Assembly: GCA_963845145.1 (NCBI GenBank)
Contig: CAWJQU010000004.1
Location: 96,001 to 160,000, forward strand
From: an uncultured delta proteobacterium
Lineage (GTDB): Bacteria > Desulfobacterota > Desulfobacteria > Desulfobacterales > QNYZ01
Length of the DNA: 64,000 nucleotides
Direction: 5' to 3'
Shown: positions 1 through 10,195 of the stretch, piece after piece
Position numbering within the stretch: the stretch's first letter is position 1
Layout of the letters: each line of letters starts with the position of its first letter
Position numbers and translations under genes: made by a program
The notes under the pieces: model-generated
What the model was told of the DNA's origin: nothing
What the model saw: the letters and a program-made list of their open reading frames with translations, nothing else
Databases searched by the model: none

Positions 1-363
1 TGAGAGCTCTTTTTTCCCGGTGCCCTTGGCAATGACAACGCCATATCCTCCCGGTCCCGGATTATTTAGGGCGCCACCGTCAGTGTAAATGACGATTTTG
101 CCGGCCTGAACAGCGTCCGAATAGCTGGTCGGCGGCTTTGCCGGTTTGGTATTTTTAGAACGTTTTTTTCCATCGACCGATTTTCTTTTTTTTCCGAAAT
201 TTTCCTTGTAAAAGGCCTCCGCTTCGGCCCGGGTGGAAAAACCCTTAAAAATTGCCCCGGCAACCCCTCGTACCTGTGCTTCCGCACCGGTCTCTCCATA
301 CCACTGGGTATAGATTCCGGGAACCTTGCCCACCGCTACGGCATAAAATTTCTTTTTTGCCAC
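1..363 (-). CDS. rnhA: Ribonuclease HI with N-terminal hybrid-binding (viroplasmin-like) domain, 5' part only (runs off the window)
   Basis: Not in the ORF track. Manual translation from GTG at 363: MAKKKFYAVAVGKVPGIYTQW...GAIFKGFSTRAEAEAF (hybrid-binding domain), then IVIYTDGGALNNPGPGGYGVVI (RNase HI motif). SD-like GGGGAGAGG upstream. Confidence 0.9.
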   Translation of the reverse strand, partial: MAKKKFYAVAVGKVPGIYTQWYGETGAEAQVRGVAGAIFKGFSTRAEAEAFYKENFGKKRKSVDGKKRSKNTKPAKPPTSYSDAVQAGKIVIYTDGGALNNPGPGGYGVVIAKGTGKKELS

Positions 364-385
364 TTTCGCCTCTCCCCGTTCGAAA

Positions 386-1000
386 CTATTTGATCGCCAG
401 CAATTCCACTTCGAAAATTAACGTCTCGTGGGGCCCAATGGCCTGGCCGCTGCCGGATTGGCCGTATGCCAGCTCAGAGGGGATGAAAAGCTCATATTTT
501 GCCCCTTCCTTCATTAGCTGCAAGGCTTCCTGCCAGCCTGGAATGACACCGTTGACGGGAAAAGTTGCCGGGCTGCCCCGTTTGATGGAGCTGTCAAAGA
601 CATTCCCATCCAGGGTCCTGCCCTCATAGTGGGTCTCTACCGTATCGGTCGCGGAGGGTTTTTTTCCGTTGCCTTCCCTTATAACCCGATACTGCAGGCC
701 GCTGGCGGTTTCGATTATCCCCTCATTTTTCACATTTTCTTTGAGAAAGGCTTTCCCCTTTTCCAGATTGGCCTGCAATTTTTCGGATTGACGGGCCTGC
801 TGTTCCTCACGCACAAAGCTTTGAAAAGCCGTCATGGTTTGTTGCATTTCGCCCACAGGCATCCGGCTCGGTTCGCCGGCAAAGGCCTCCTTGAAGGATT
901 CGGTGAAAATATCAACCTCGATCTCGAACTCCTGGCGTTTAAAATCGGTGCCGATGCTTTGACCTAGTATGTAACTAACTTTTTCCATATCGATCTTCAT
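386..1000 (-). CDS. FKBP-type peptidyl-prolyl cis-trans isomerase (FklB/FkpA family)
   Basis: KVSYILG N-terminal domain; TASGLQYRV, HYEGRTLDGNVFDSS, VIPGWQEAL and IPSELAYG motifs. Confidence 0.95.
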   Translation of the reverse strand: MKIDMEKVSYILGQSIGTDFKRQEFEIEVDIFTESFKEAFAGEPSRMPVGEMQQTMTAFQSFVREEQQARQSEKLQANLEKGKAFLKENVKNEGIIETASGLQYRVIREGNGKKPSATDTVETHYEGRTLDGNVFDSSIKRGSPATFPVNGVIPGWQEALQLMKEGAKYELFIPSELAYGQSGSGQAIGPHETLIFEVELLAIK

Positions 1001-1117
1001 GGTTTCTCCATTTCAGATTAATTTAACATGTGCGTCGCCACAACACGACCACAATCCATTTAATGAAATCTTTGCAAGGCCCAACCTTTTACATAATAAA
1101 ACCTTAAAAAACAAAGA

Positions 1118-2164
1118 TTATCGCCGCAGGCCGGGGTTGCATGTTCGTCGGGTTGAAGATGTCATAATATCCACCGCATCCCTCAGCATGGAAGCGGCCG
1201 TGGGGATCGGTTCGCGTTCCCATAATTTGTGATACATGATGCCGTATATATCGCTGTGTATTTCAACGCCCATTTCCCAGCCTGAGCATTGTCCGAGAAA
1301 GCTGTTGACAGGCACCGGGGTTGGTTGAACGGTTAGAGTATTGTTCTCAAATGACGCCACCAGTTTCAAGGCGTTATTTCGCGCCTTTTCGGTGAGTATC
1401 GCATCGGTTGTGATGGTGGTGATGCCGGTGACCTGGACATCCGATAACGTTACCCATCCTTTCAGAATACTATTTACGATAATGACGAGTTTATTGGCCG
1501 TATCCCAACCGCCCACATCCAAAGAGGGATCTGCTTCGGCAATGCCTCGCTTTTGCGTTTCAGCCAGCGCGTCATCATAGCTGCGACCTTGTCCCATCTC
1601 GTCTAAGATAAAGTTGGTCGTGCTGTTGAATATACCCTGGATTTTAATGATATCGGCAGCGATCATATCCCGGCGTGCGATATTGATGATCGGCAACCCG
1701 CCGCACACCGTTGCGCTATATCGCAAGCCGGCACCGGATTGTGATGCAAGCTGTTCAAGCTCGCGGAGTGCCAGAACCACCGGCCCTTTATTGGCCAGTA
1801 CCATAGAGATTCCCTTGGATAATGCGGTTCGGGCGATTGCCAACCCCGGTCCTCCGGTTTGAAGATCGACCGGAGATGCCTCAAAAACGATATCCAATGC
1901 CGAAGTCGTCAGCGCATCCCATGCGGCCATACCGGAGGTGAAGCCCGCCAGGGTTTTCAGGCTGCCCGTCTTTGATTTGGTTTCAATGACCTCATCAATA
2001 TCAAAACCCGCAGGGTTTACCGCTGTACCGTGGCTATCCGATACACAGTTGATATTAAACCGAATACCATACCGATTGTGCAGCGTATTTTGCTTGTCTT
2101 TGATTATTCTCAGAAGTGTGAGCCCCACTGAACCAAGACCGACAATAGCGGCTTTTACGATCAT
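1118..2164 (-). CDS. hom: Homoserine dehydrogenase (no ACT domain)
   Basis: GLGSVG Rossmann motif, VLANKGP, YSATVCGGLP, GIFNSTTNFIL, GIAEADPSLDVGGWDTANK. Confidence 0.9.
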   Translation of the reverse strand: MIVKAAIVGLGSVGLTLLRIIKDKQNTLHNRYGIRFNINCVSDSHGTAVNPAGFDIDEVIETKSKTGSLKTLAGFTSGMAAWDALTTSALDIVFEASPVDLQTGGPGLAIARTALSKGISMVLANKGPVVLALRELEQLASQSGAGLRYSATVCGGLPIINIARRDMIAADIIKIQGIFNSTTNFILDEMGQGRSYDDALAETQKRGIAEADPSLDVGGWDTANKLVIIVNSILKGWVTLSDVQVTGITTITTDAILTEKARNNALKLVASFENNTLTVQPTPVPVNSFLGQCSGWEMGVEIHSDIYGIMYHKLWEREPIPTAASMLRDAVDIMTSSTRRTCNPGLRR

Positions 2165-2305
2165 TAAGTTCTCCTACTACAACGCCAGGTAAATTCGGTG
2201 AACGCCACTATCGGCCGGCTGGAGGGATGGAAACTGGTTGCGTACCCATTCATGGGGGAAAGGTGATAATGCGTCAGTAGTCATATCAAACGCCTCTTTC
2301 GTTAT

Positions 2306-3337
2306 TTAACCCATTCGGCTTAAATCCCTTAAAAACGCTTCTATAGCTTCTTCTTTCGTCGCCCATGAAGTGATCAGTCTGATGACAGAGGTGTCATTTT
2401 TATCCTCTTTCCATACGTAGAATCCATACTTCTTGCTTAGCTTATCAATGATTGGATTGGGAAAGATAGGGAAAATCTGGTTGGAAACGGGTTTGAGCCA
2501 GTGTGCGTATCCCATTTGATCGATACTGTCTGCCAATTTTGTAGCCAATTTGTTTGCATACCGGCCCAGTTTAAAGAAAAGATCCTCTTTGAAAAGTTCC
2601 ACAAACTGAATGCCCAATATTCTTCCCTTGGCCAGGAGGGCACCTTTTTGTTTAATATGGAATCGAAAATCTTCTTTTAGACGGTCATTATTGATAATGA
2701 CCACCTCTCCAAGCAACGCCCCGTTTTTGGTGCCGCCAATATAAAGAATATCCACCCATTCAGACAGTTCCGGCAACGCCATATCATTTTGGTGGGAGGT
2801 CAATGCGGATCCCAGCCGGGCACCATCGAGATAGAGAATGAGATGGTGTTTCCGACAAAATAGCGACAGCTCTTTTAGCTCGCTTTTGTTATAGATACTT
2901 CCCAGCTCTGTCGAGTTGGAGATATAGACCATCTTTGGTTTAACCATGTGCTCGTCCGCATGAAATTCAAGCACCGGTCGTATTTTATCCGGACTCAACT
3001 TACCCTCATCCGTTTCTACCGAATTTATTTTGTGCCCCGTTGCTTCAATTGCCCCGGTTTCGTGAACGCATATGTGCCCGGTGCCCGCTGAAATGATCGA
3101 TTCATATGGTTTTAATATGGATGAGATAATGATTAAATTGGCAAGGGTTCCGCCAGCGACAAAATGGATGTCCGCTTTTGGATTATTAATTCTATCTCGA
3201 ATCAATTGAGCAGCCTCTATACAAAACCGGTCTTCACCATAACCTTCTTCCTGATCTATATTTGTCCTGCTCAAGGCGTTTAAAATATTTGGGTGCGCGC
3301 CTTCCGAATAATCATTTTTAAAACTGTATCGGTTCAT
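2306..3337 (-). CDS. ltaE: Low-specificity L-threonine aldolase family PLP enzyme
   Basis: SFKNDYSEGAHP, GYGED, HETGAIE, LYLDGARL, GGTKNG (PLP lysine). Confidence 0.88.
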   Translation of the reverse strand: MNRYSFKNDYSEGAHPNILNALSRTNIDQEEGYGEDRFCIEAAQLIRDRINNPKADIHFVAGGTLANLIIISSILKPYESIISAGTGHICVHETGAIEATGHKINSVETDEGKLSPDKIRPVLEFHADEHMVKPKMVYISNSTELGSIYNKSELKELSLFCRKHHLILYLDGARLGSALTSHQNDMALPELSEWVDILYIGGTKNGALLGEVVIINNDRLKEDFRFHIKQKGALLAKGRILGIQFVELFKEDLFFKLGRYANKLATKLADSIDQMGYAHWLKPVSNQIFPIFPNPIIDKLSKKYGFYVWKEDKNDTSVIRLITSWATKEEAIEAFLRDLSRMG

Positions 3338-3562
3338 ATTTGTGCCTCAAAGGCTATGGTTTAGATATGAAAAATGATAATTTTAGGTTCAAAATTCATT
3401 GTTGGTCCTCAATATCATTTAAAGCCCGCCGTGTCAGCGGCTGATTTGCTGCCCTTTCAGATTCGCCGCAGGCGGATTGGTTTCGGCTAAATATAGAAAC
3501 GATCATATGGACACTTCTTATGCTGCTTGCAGATCATCGAGGTTGATGGTATCTATTTGACC

Positions 3563-4039
3563 ATGAAAAACAGGTTTACCAAAAAAGAACGATTGGATCT
3601 GATTCGAAAGATTATTCGGGAAAAAGAGATCTCGGATCAGATTCAACTGTTACAAGAGCTGGGTCAAGAGGGGTTAAAAACAACCCAGGCGACAATCAGC
3701 CGCGATTTGCAGGAGTTGAAAGTCATAAAGGCGCGGATCAAACCGGGTATCTACAAATATTCTATTTTTGAAAGCACGATCCACTCAAACCTGATTCATC
3801 AGCTTGGGGTCTTCTTTAAAAATTTCGTCAATGAGATTAAAGGATCGGGAAACCTGATTGTTATTAAGAACCTTCCCGGAACAGCCGGTACTGTCGCAAT
3901 GATTCTGGATCAAATGGAGCGGCAAGAGATCCTGGGAACCATTGCCGGCCTTGATACAATCCTGGTCATCATTGATTCCGAAGAAAACCGTATCAAGCTT
4001 CAAAAAGAATTTGACGACATCCTGCTTAGCAATCTGTAA
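3563..4039 (+). CDS. argR: Arginine repressor
   Basis: TQATISRDL winged-helix motif and GTIAGLDTIL C-terminal motif. Start moved to ATG at 3563. Confidence 0.93.
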   Translation: MKNRFTKKERLDLIRKIIREKEISDQIQLLQELGQEGLKTTQATISRDLQELKVIKARIKPGIYKYSIFESTIHSNLIHQLGVFFKNFVNEIKGSGNLIVIKNLPGTAGTVAMILDQMERQEILGTIAGLDTILVIIDSEENRIKLQKEFDDILLSNL

Positions 4040-4067
4040 TCTATTTTTAATCAAAAACCGATTTTTA

Positions 4068-4138
4068 GAGCCAGTTTCAAAACGTCCCGGTTGCCCAATT
4101 TCTACGTTCGGCTCAAATTATAATCCTCGAAATACTCA
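4068..4138. repeat. Left-end fragment of a MITE-like repeat
   Basis: GAGCCAGTTTCAAAACG...CCTCGAAATACTCA aligns by eye with the first ~70 bp of the full element at 36397-36548. Confidence 0.75.
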
Positions 4139-4224
4139 CCATAGCTTCTACAATCCCACTTTAACGAAATAAATATTAACAAAAAGAGGTGCACCGGAAT
4201 AAAGTGCTTTACAAAAACCATTTT

Positions 4225-4263
4225 TTTGTATATTAATACAAGCTAAATGCATATTTATACAAA
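4225..4263. promoter_or_regulatory. Tandem ARG boxes (ArgR operator)
   Basis: Two 18-bp imperfect palindromes, ttTGTATATTAATACAag (4225-4242) and aaTGCATATTTATACAaa (4246-4263), 3 bp apart (canonical geometry), just downstream of argR. Confidence 0.85.
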
Positions 4264-4453
4264 TGTGATCTGTTCGAATACTCGATTGACAATGCCTTTG
4301 GAAAGCCCTGCACCGGTATTGATAAGTCGGAATCCCAGACGAAAGGTGCATAAAAGGCAAATGATTATGGGCCATGTCTTGCACATGGCATACGTGCCGG
4401 GAAACGATTAATACGAGACTCCCGGATAACTCGAACATATGGAGGAGAGGACA

Positions 4454-6064
4454 ATGAAAAAGATGGGTTTGGGATTATTGGTGTTTTTTTTGACGCTCGG
4501 TTTTATGGCATCGAATGCCGCAGCCGTCAGAAATGGGGGCTCATTCGTCTGGATCGCACCTTATGGTATCTCCATCGATACGCTGGACCCGGGGGCCACG
4601 AACGATGATAAGAATCTTCTGGTGATCCTGAATATTCACCGTGGATTGTTTGGCTGGGATGCGGCTAACAGTACTTATAAATTAGATCTTGCCGAAAGCG
4701 TGGAAGGGTCTGAGGACGGTAAAACCTATACGATTAAAATAAGAGATGCCAAGTTTCACAACGGCCGTACGGTGACGGCGGATGATGTGCTTTATACCTA
4801 CCATCGGCTGGCGGACCCTAAAAAGGCTTTGGCGCAAAGCCATGCGGTCGTGGAGATCGAGGGTGCCCAGGATGTGCTGGATGGAAAAGCGGATAAGATC
4901 TCCGGTTTGAAAAAAATTGACGATAAAACCGTCCAGATTACTTTTAGAAACCCGGTGGATGTCGGCTTCAAACTGTGGCGATACGGAACAGCCATCGTTC
5001 CCAAAGAAGCAGCGGAAAAAGATGATTTCGGAAGTAAGCCCGTGGGATGCGGTCCTTTTAAACTAAAAAGCTGGACCAAAGGCGTTGAAATTGTATTGGA
5101 AAAAAATCCGGACTTCTACGTAATAGGGAAACCCTATCTCGATACGGTCGTCTACAAGATCATGGCGGATGCCGCCGCGCGGGACATGGCCTTTCAGTCC
5201 GGTGAGTTAGACGCCAACCTGCTCTATGCCGCGCAATATGAAAAATTTTCAAAGAATCCGGATCTGGCTAAAAATTTGATGGAAGTGCCGGAAATGTTTA
5301 CGCGTGGTATGCGCTTCAATCCAAATTTTACCCTGCCCGACGGCCGCCAACCTTTCGGTGATAAGCGGGTTCGTCAGGCGGTAAATTATGCCATTAATAG
5401 TGAATTGATCGTTGAAAAATATGCCAAGGGTAAAGCCTATGCGGCCAGGGGCTTTTTAGCGCCCACGACGCCCGGATTCGATCCTGACTGCAAAAACTAT
5501 CCTTACGATCCGGAGAAGGCCAAGGCGTTGATGAAAGCGGCCGGGTACGAGAAAGGTTTCGATCTGAACGTACTGGCCGGGACCAGCTCCGCCTATGGCG
5601 CCGGGGTTATCGAAGCGGCAACACCCTTTTTAAAAGAGATCGGTATCAAGGTGACGATTGAAAAAGTTGAAAATGCCGTTCTTTTCGAAAAATACCAGGA
5701 CGGCAAGTTTGAGGCCGCCATCGCTTCGCACAGCTCCGGGCCGGATCCAGTCGGCTCATTACACCGCTTTCATTCAAGCAACCCGCGGTTCAAGCGTCGG
5801 GGTGAGACCGGACTTAAAATTGACAGTTTCGAGCGCACCTTGGATTTGGCCGCCGCCTCGAGAAATCCGGAGGTTCGCGCAGAATTGGTCAAAATAGCCA
5901 ATGATATCATAACCGAAGAAGCCATTATGTGGTTTTATAACTACAATAAGGCGGTCATCGCTTATCAACCCTGGGTTCATGGTATGGAACCCGTCGGGGT
6001 AGAGATGATGTATCAGCATCTCGACGGCGTCTGGGTTGATGAAAAATCACCCCGGGCAAAATAA
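4454..6064 (+). CDS. ABC transporter substrate-binding protein, family 5 (OppA/DppA-like)
   Basis: Signal peptide; KFHNGRTVTADDV, PVGCGPFKL, RVRQAVNYAIN, YPYDPEKAKALM. SD GGAGG/GAGG precedes ATG at 4454. Confidence 0.92.
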   Translation: MKKMGLGLLVFFLTLGFMASNAAAVRNGGSFVWIAPYGISIDTLDPGATNDDKNLLVILNIHRGLFGWDAANSTYKLDLAESVEGSEDGKTYTIKIRDAKFHNGRTVTADDVLYTYHRLADPKKALAQSHAVVEIEGAQDVLDGKADKISGLKKIDDKTVQITFRNPVDVGFKLWRYGTAIVPKEAAEKDDFGSKPVGCGPFKLKSWTKGVEIVLEKNPDFYVIGKPYLDTVVYKIMADAAARDMAFQSGELDANLLYAAQYEKFSKNPDLAKNLMEVPEMFTRGMRFNPNFTLPDGRQPFGDKRVRQAVNYAINSELIVEKYAKGKAYAARGFLAPTTPGFDPDCKNYPYDPEKAKALMKAAGYEKGFDLNVLAGTSSAYGAGVIEAATPFLKEIGIKVTIEKVENAVLFEKYQDGKFEAAIASHSSGPDPVGSLHRFHSSNPRFKRRGETGLKIDSFERTLDLAAASRNPEVRAELVKIANDIITEEAIMWFYNYNKAVIAYQPWVHGMEPVGVEMMYQHLDGVWVDEKSPRAK

Positions 6065-6125
6065 ATACACCAAGGAATATCGCTTGCATTAAAGTGCAGC
6101 GGTTGGGTAACTTGGCACACGCATG

Positions 6126-6172
6126 TCGCACTTTCCCGGTTTGGTTTCAGTACCCGGCTGAGGAAAGTGCGA
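6126..6172 (+). other. Intercistronic stem-loop after the binding-protein gene (mRNA stabiliser or partial terminator)
   Basis: 11-bp perfect inverted repeat TCGCACTTTCC / GGAAAGTGCGA. Confidence 0.55.
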
Positions 6173-6221
6173 AATCAGCGTTTTACTTGATTTTCATTAT
6201 TAATCGCCAGAGTTCCACTTC

Positions 6222-7157
6222 ATGATCGCATTTATCTTTCGTCGCATCTTACAATTTATCCCGACGGTGATCAGCATCTCATTTATTATGTTTGTGTTGC
6301 TCAACGTCCTTCCCGGCAATGCCGCCCTGATGTCCGGCGGCGGCGGCAAAGATATTCTCGCCCCGGAAATTATAGAAAAACTAGAAAAAAAATGGGGTCT
6401 GGATAAGCCTTTTCACGTTCGCTATTTGCATTACATGGCCGGATTGCCCAAAGGTGACCTGGGCGTGTCGTTTTTGCGAGGAGAAAAGGTGCGCGACATC
6501 ATCGGGAATCGCTTGTGGCCCACGTTAAAACTAGCCCTGGCCGCCTTGGCCATCGCCTGTGCCATCGGCATTCCCCTGGGCTTTTTTTCAGCCCTGCGCC
6601 AGGGGACGTGGGTGGACACGGTCACCATGATGGGTGCCGTTTCGGGCGTGTCGATGCCCCAATTCTGGTCGGCCCTTTTGTTGATGTATCTTTTTTCCGT
6701 CGTTTTGAAGTGGTTACCCACTTTCGGATATGGGAACGGCTCCCTCAAACACCTGATTCTACCTGCCGTGACGTTAGGCATCTATTACATGGGCCTTCTG
6801 GCCCGCACCACGCGTGCCGCCGTACTTGAGGTTCTTAACCAGGATTATATTCGAACGGCGCATGCTAAAGGATTATCTGTTCTCTTAATAAACGCTAAAC
6901 ATGTTTTCAGAAACACCCTGGTCCTGATCTTGACGACCATCGGTATGATGTTCGGATCGTTGATGGGTGAAACCGTCATCGTCGAAATGGTTTTTTCATG
7001 GCCCGGAATCGGTTCTTTGATGGTCGATTCCATTTACTTACGGGACACACCCGTGACTCTGGGGTGCATCATGCTGATGATTTTTGTATTCATGACGGTC
7101 AACTTGTTCGTGGATATTTTGTATTCGGTGGTTGACCCCAGAATTCGTTACGAATAA
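6222..7157 (+). CDS. ABC peptide transporter permease (OppB/DppB-like)
   Basis: GLDKP, GDLGVS, QDYIRTAHAKGL (EAA loop), FSWPGIG, DILYSVVDPRIR. Confidence 0.93.
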   Translation: MIAFIFRRILQFIPTVISISFIMFVLLNVLPGNAALMSGGGGKDILAPEIIEKLEKKWGLDKPFHVRYLHYMAGLPKGDLGVSFLRGEKVRDIIGNRLWPTLKLALAALAIACAIGIPLGFFSALRQGTWVDTVTMMGAVSGVSMPQFWSALLLMYLFSVVLKWLPTFGYGNGSLKHLILPAVTLGIYYMGLLARTTRAAVLEVLNQDYIRTAHAKGLSVLLINAKHVFRNTLVLILTTIGMMFGSLMGETVIVEMVFSWPGIGSLMVDSIYLRDTPVTLGCIMLMIFVFMTVNLFVDILYSVVDPRIRYE

Positions 7158-8010
7158 AGGATTCGCCGGCTTGGCACTCTCCTGGAAAAAATTAAAAAAA
7201 AGAACCAATCTGCTCGTTGGCACGGCCATCGTGGTTATTGTCATTTGCATGGCGGTTTTTGCGCCACTTCTATCTCCCTATCATCCCTGGGAGGATGCCA
7301 ATATACTCTATTCCGAGGAACCGCCGGGCAAGCAGTTTCGCTTCGGTACCGATATCCAGGGGCGGGATATTCTTTCCAGGGTGATTTACGGGGCCCGTGT
7401 ATCGTTGAGCGTGGGATTGTTCACCCAATTTATGAACAGCGTTATCGGCGTTTTCATGGGGCTGATGGCGGGTTTTTTCGGTAAATGGATCGATGACCTC
7501 ATTATGGGTATTACCAATATCATGTTATCCATCCCGCCGATTCTCTTTGCCCTGGCAATGATGGCGGTGATGGGTCCCGGATTGATAAATATATTTATCG
7601 CACTGGGGATTATTAATTGGTCGTATACCTGCCGTCTGACGCGGTCCCAGGTGCTGACGGCAAAAAATCTGAACTATATCACGGCTGCCCGGGCGTTGGG
7701 CTACAGCAAAATTCGCATCATGTTCCAGCAAATTCTTCCCAATATTATGGGGCCGATATTGGTGATCGCCACGCTTGGCGTTGCCGGGGCCATTACCATG
7801 GAAGCCGCCCTCTCATTTTTAGGGCTGGGTGTCCAACCCCCCACCCCCAGTTGGGGTCAAATGCTGGCGGGGGCCAGGGAGAAGCTGTTTACCGCACCAT
7901 GGATATCGATCTTTCCGGGGATGGCTATTTTTATCACGGTACTGGGATTTAACCTTTTTGGTGATGGGTTAAGGGATATCCTTGACCCGCATATTTCACG
8001 GCAAAAATAA
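7132..8010 (+). CDS. ABC peptide transporter permease (OppC/DppC-like); exact start uncertain
   Basis: FGTDIQGRDILSRVIYGARVSL, YITAARALG, EAALSFLGLG, GDGLRDILDP. Confidence 0.93.
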   Translation: MTPEFVTNKGFAGLALSWKKLKKRTNLLVGTAIVVIVICMAVFAPLLSPYHPWEDANILYSEEPPGKQFRFGTDIQGRDILSRVIYGARVSLSVGLFTQFMNSVIGVFMGLMAGFFGKWIDDLIMGITNIMLSIPPILFALAMMAVMGPGLINIFIALGIINWSYTCRLTRSQVLTAKNLNYITAARALGYSKIRIMFQQILPNIMGPILVIATLGVAGAITMEAALSFLGLGVQPPTPSWGQMLAGAREKLFTAPWISIFPGMAIFITVLGFNLFGDGLRDILDPHISRQK

Positions 8011-8011
8011 T

Positions 8012-9037
8012 ATGAGCCCACCCGAAACCGCATTGCGACCAAACGCTCCTCTGCTTGAGGTGGATCATCTGCACACCTATTTTCACACCTTTGACGGGGT
8101 GGTTAAAGCGGTCAATGATGTCTCTTTTGCCATGAACCGAACGGAAACACTCGGATTGGTCGGCGAATCCGGTTCAGGTAAAAGTGTGACCGCCTTATCG
8201 ATTATGCGCCTTTTAAAAATGCCCCCTGCCAAAATTGAAAAAGGCCATATTCGCTTTGATGGAACGGACCTGCTTCAATTGCCCATGGATCAAATGCGCG
8301 ATATTCGCGGCAATCGGATTTCAATGATTTTTCAGGAGCCGATGACATCGCTGAATCCACTCTTTTCCGTCGGCAATCAGATGTCCGAGATGTTTATTCG
8401 CCACAAGGGATTGTCGCGTAGGGATGCCTGGCAACGGGCGGTGGACATGCTGGAGGTCGTACAGATCCCGTCACCGGCTAAACGGGCGCGTGAATTTCCT
8501 CACCATCTTTCAGGTGGCATGCGGCAGCGGGTCATGATCGCCATGGCCCTGGCATGTGACCCGGAGATACTCATTGCCGATGAACCGACAACGGCTTTGG
8601 ATGTTACCATTCAGGCCCAGGTCATCGATCTCATGATGAAATTGAAAGTCGATTTTGATGCGGCGATCCTCATGATCACGCACGATTTGGGGGTGATTGC
8701 TGAAATTGCCCAAAGGGTTGTGGTGATGTATGCCGGCCAGGTCGTCGAAGAAGCAGATGTCATATCTATTTTCGAAAATCCGCGTCATCCCTACACCCGG
8801 GCACTGCTTCGATCCATTCCAAAATTGGGGGCGGCCGCAAACCAACCACAATCGAAGGATCGCCGAAGGCTGGAGGAGATCAAAGGGATTGTACCGAGTC
8901 TGTCGAATTTACCGCAAGGGTGCCATTTTTCCCCGCGTTGTGCTCACGCCCGAGCCGTATGTCGGCAGGCGGTTATTGAACTAGTAGACCTTGAAGAAGG
9001 TCGGCGGGTGCGCTGCATCCGATACAAGGAACTTTGA
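8012..9037 (+). CDS. ABC peptide transporter ATPase (OppD/DppD-like)
   Basis: [26 protein letters not shown] and a Cys-containing C-terminal domain. Start moved to ATG at 8012. Confidence 0.94.
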   Translation: MSPPETALRPNAPLLEVDHLHTYFHTFDGVVKAVNDVSFAMNRTETLGLVGESGSGKSVTALSIMRLLKMPPAKIEKGHIRFDGTDLLQLPMDQMRDIRGNRISMIFQEPMTSLNPLFSVGNQMSEMFIRHKGLSRRDAWQRAVDMLEVVQIPSPAKRAREFPHHLSGGMRQRVMIAMALACDPEILIADEPTTALDVTIQAQVIDLMMKLKVDFDAAILMITHDLGVIAEIAQRVVVMYAGQVVEEADVISIFENPRHPYTRALLRSIPKLGAAANQPQSKDRRRLEEIKGIVPSLSNLPQGCHFSPRCAHARAVCRQAVIELVDLEEGRRVRCIRYKEL

Positions 9038-9123
9038 TCGGTATCTAATAATGCATAATGGCTGCATGGGTGGCATGACGATATGCCGGTCATTGGCACG
9101 ACCAGCCACGTAAAAGGGATCAT

Positions 9124-10101
9124 GTGTTGAAGGAAGCGTTGCTGAATATCGAAAACCTGAAAGTCCACTTTCCGATTCGAAAGGGGATCCTCCGGCGCAC
9201 CCAAAACTACGTCTATGCGGTGGATGGTGTTTCTTTTTACCTGCATCGGGGGGAAACGCTGGGCATCGTCGGTGAGAGCGGTTGCGGGAAAACGACGGCC
9301 GGCCTGGCGCTCTTAAATCTGATTCCACCCACAATGGGAACCATTCACTTCGAGGGCCAGGACATTTCGAACATTTCGAAAATGGCCAAAACCGAAAAAA
9401 TGCGGATTCGGAAAGAACTTCAAATCATTTTTCAAGATCCTTACTCCTCTTTGAATCCACGCATGCCTCTCAATCGGATTCTTGGAGATCCCATGATGAT
9501 TCATGGGTTATACAAGGGTAGCGAAAAACAGGACCGCATTGATTTTCTCTTAAGTAAAGTGGGACTGACGCCGGAACAGGGGGACAAATACCCCCACGAG
9601 TTCTCAGGCGGTCAGCGTCAGCGTATTGGTATCGCCAGGGCCCTGGCCCTGGATCCGCAGGTGATTATCGGCGACGAGCCGGTTTCGGCTCTGGATGTTT
9701 CCATCCAAGCTCAGATCATTAATCTCTTAATGGACCTTCAGGAAGAGTTTAACCTCTCCTATATCATTATTGCCCATGATCTGGCCGTGGTCGAACATAT
9801 TTCCGATCGGGTTGCCGTGATGTACCTGGGCAAAATTGTCGAAACAGCCCCATCCACCGACATTTTAAATCACTCTAAGCATCCTTATACCCAGGCACTA
9901 TTATCAGCGGCCCCCATCGCCGACCCCCGCGCCGAAAGAAATCGCATCATACTCAAAGGAGACGTCCCCAGTCCCCGACGTCCGCCGACCGGTTGTAGCT
10001 TTCATCCACGCTGCCCCATTTGCAGTATCGATTGTGACGTGGCAACGCCTCACATGAGACACTTGGGAAATGAGCACTATGTGGCCTGTCACTATGCGTA
10101 A
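9124..10101 (+). CDS. ABC peptide transporter ATPase (OppF/DppF-like)
   Basis: GESGCGKT, FSGGQRQRIGIARAL, DEPVSALD, GCSFHPRC. Confidence 0.94.
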   Translation: MLKEALLNIENLKVHFPIRKGILRRTQNYVYAVDGVSFYLHRGETLGIVGESGCGKTTAGLALLNLIPPTMGTIHFEGQDISNISKMAKTEKMRIRKELQIIFQDPYSSLNPRMPLNRILGDPMMIHGLYKGSEKQDRIDFLLSKVGLTPEQGDKYPHEFSGGQRQRIGIARALALDPQVIIGDEPVSALDVSIQAQIINLLMDLQEEFNLSYIIIAHDLAVVEHISDRVAVMYLGKIVETAPSTDILNHSKHPYTQALLSAAPIADPRAERNRIILKGDVPSPRRPPTGCSFHPRCPICSIDCDVATPHMRHLGNEHYVACHYA

Positions 10102-10109
10102 AAGCAAGT

Positions 10110-10143
10110 TCTAAACAAGGTTTGGACGTTTTGAAACTGGTTC
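10110..10143. repeat. Right-end fragment of the MITE-like repeat
   Basis: GGACGTTTTGAAACTGGTTC matches the reverse complement of 4068-4087 at 19/20 and resembles the right end of 36397-36548. Confidence 0.65.
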
Positions 10144-10195
10144 GATAAGAAATATTTTTACAGGCTCTTTACATTTATTAAGCAGGGATGCGGGA

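Noticed and set aside
4185..4440. Lysine riboswitch (AGAGGTGC at 4185)
   Set aside because: The motif lies upstream of the ARG boxes and probable promoter, and the other conserved lysine-riboswitch elements are not evident.
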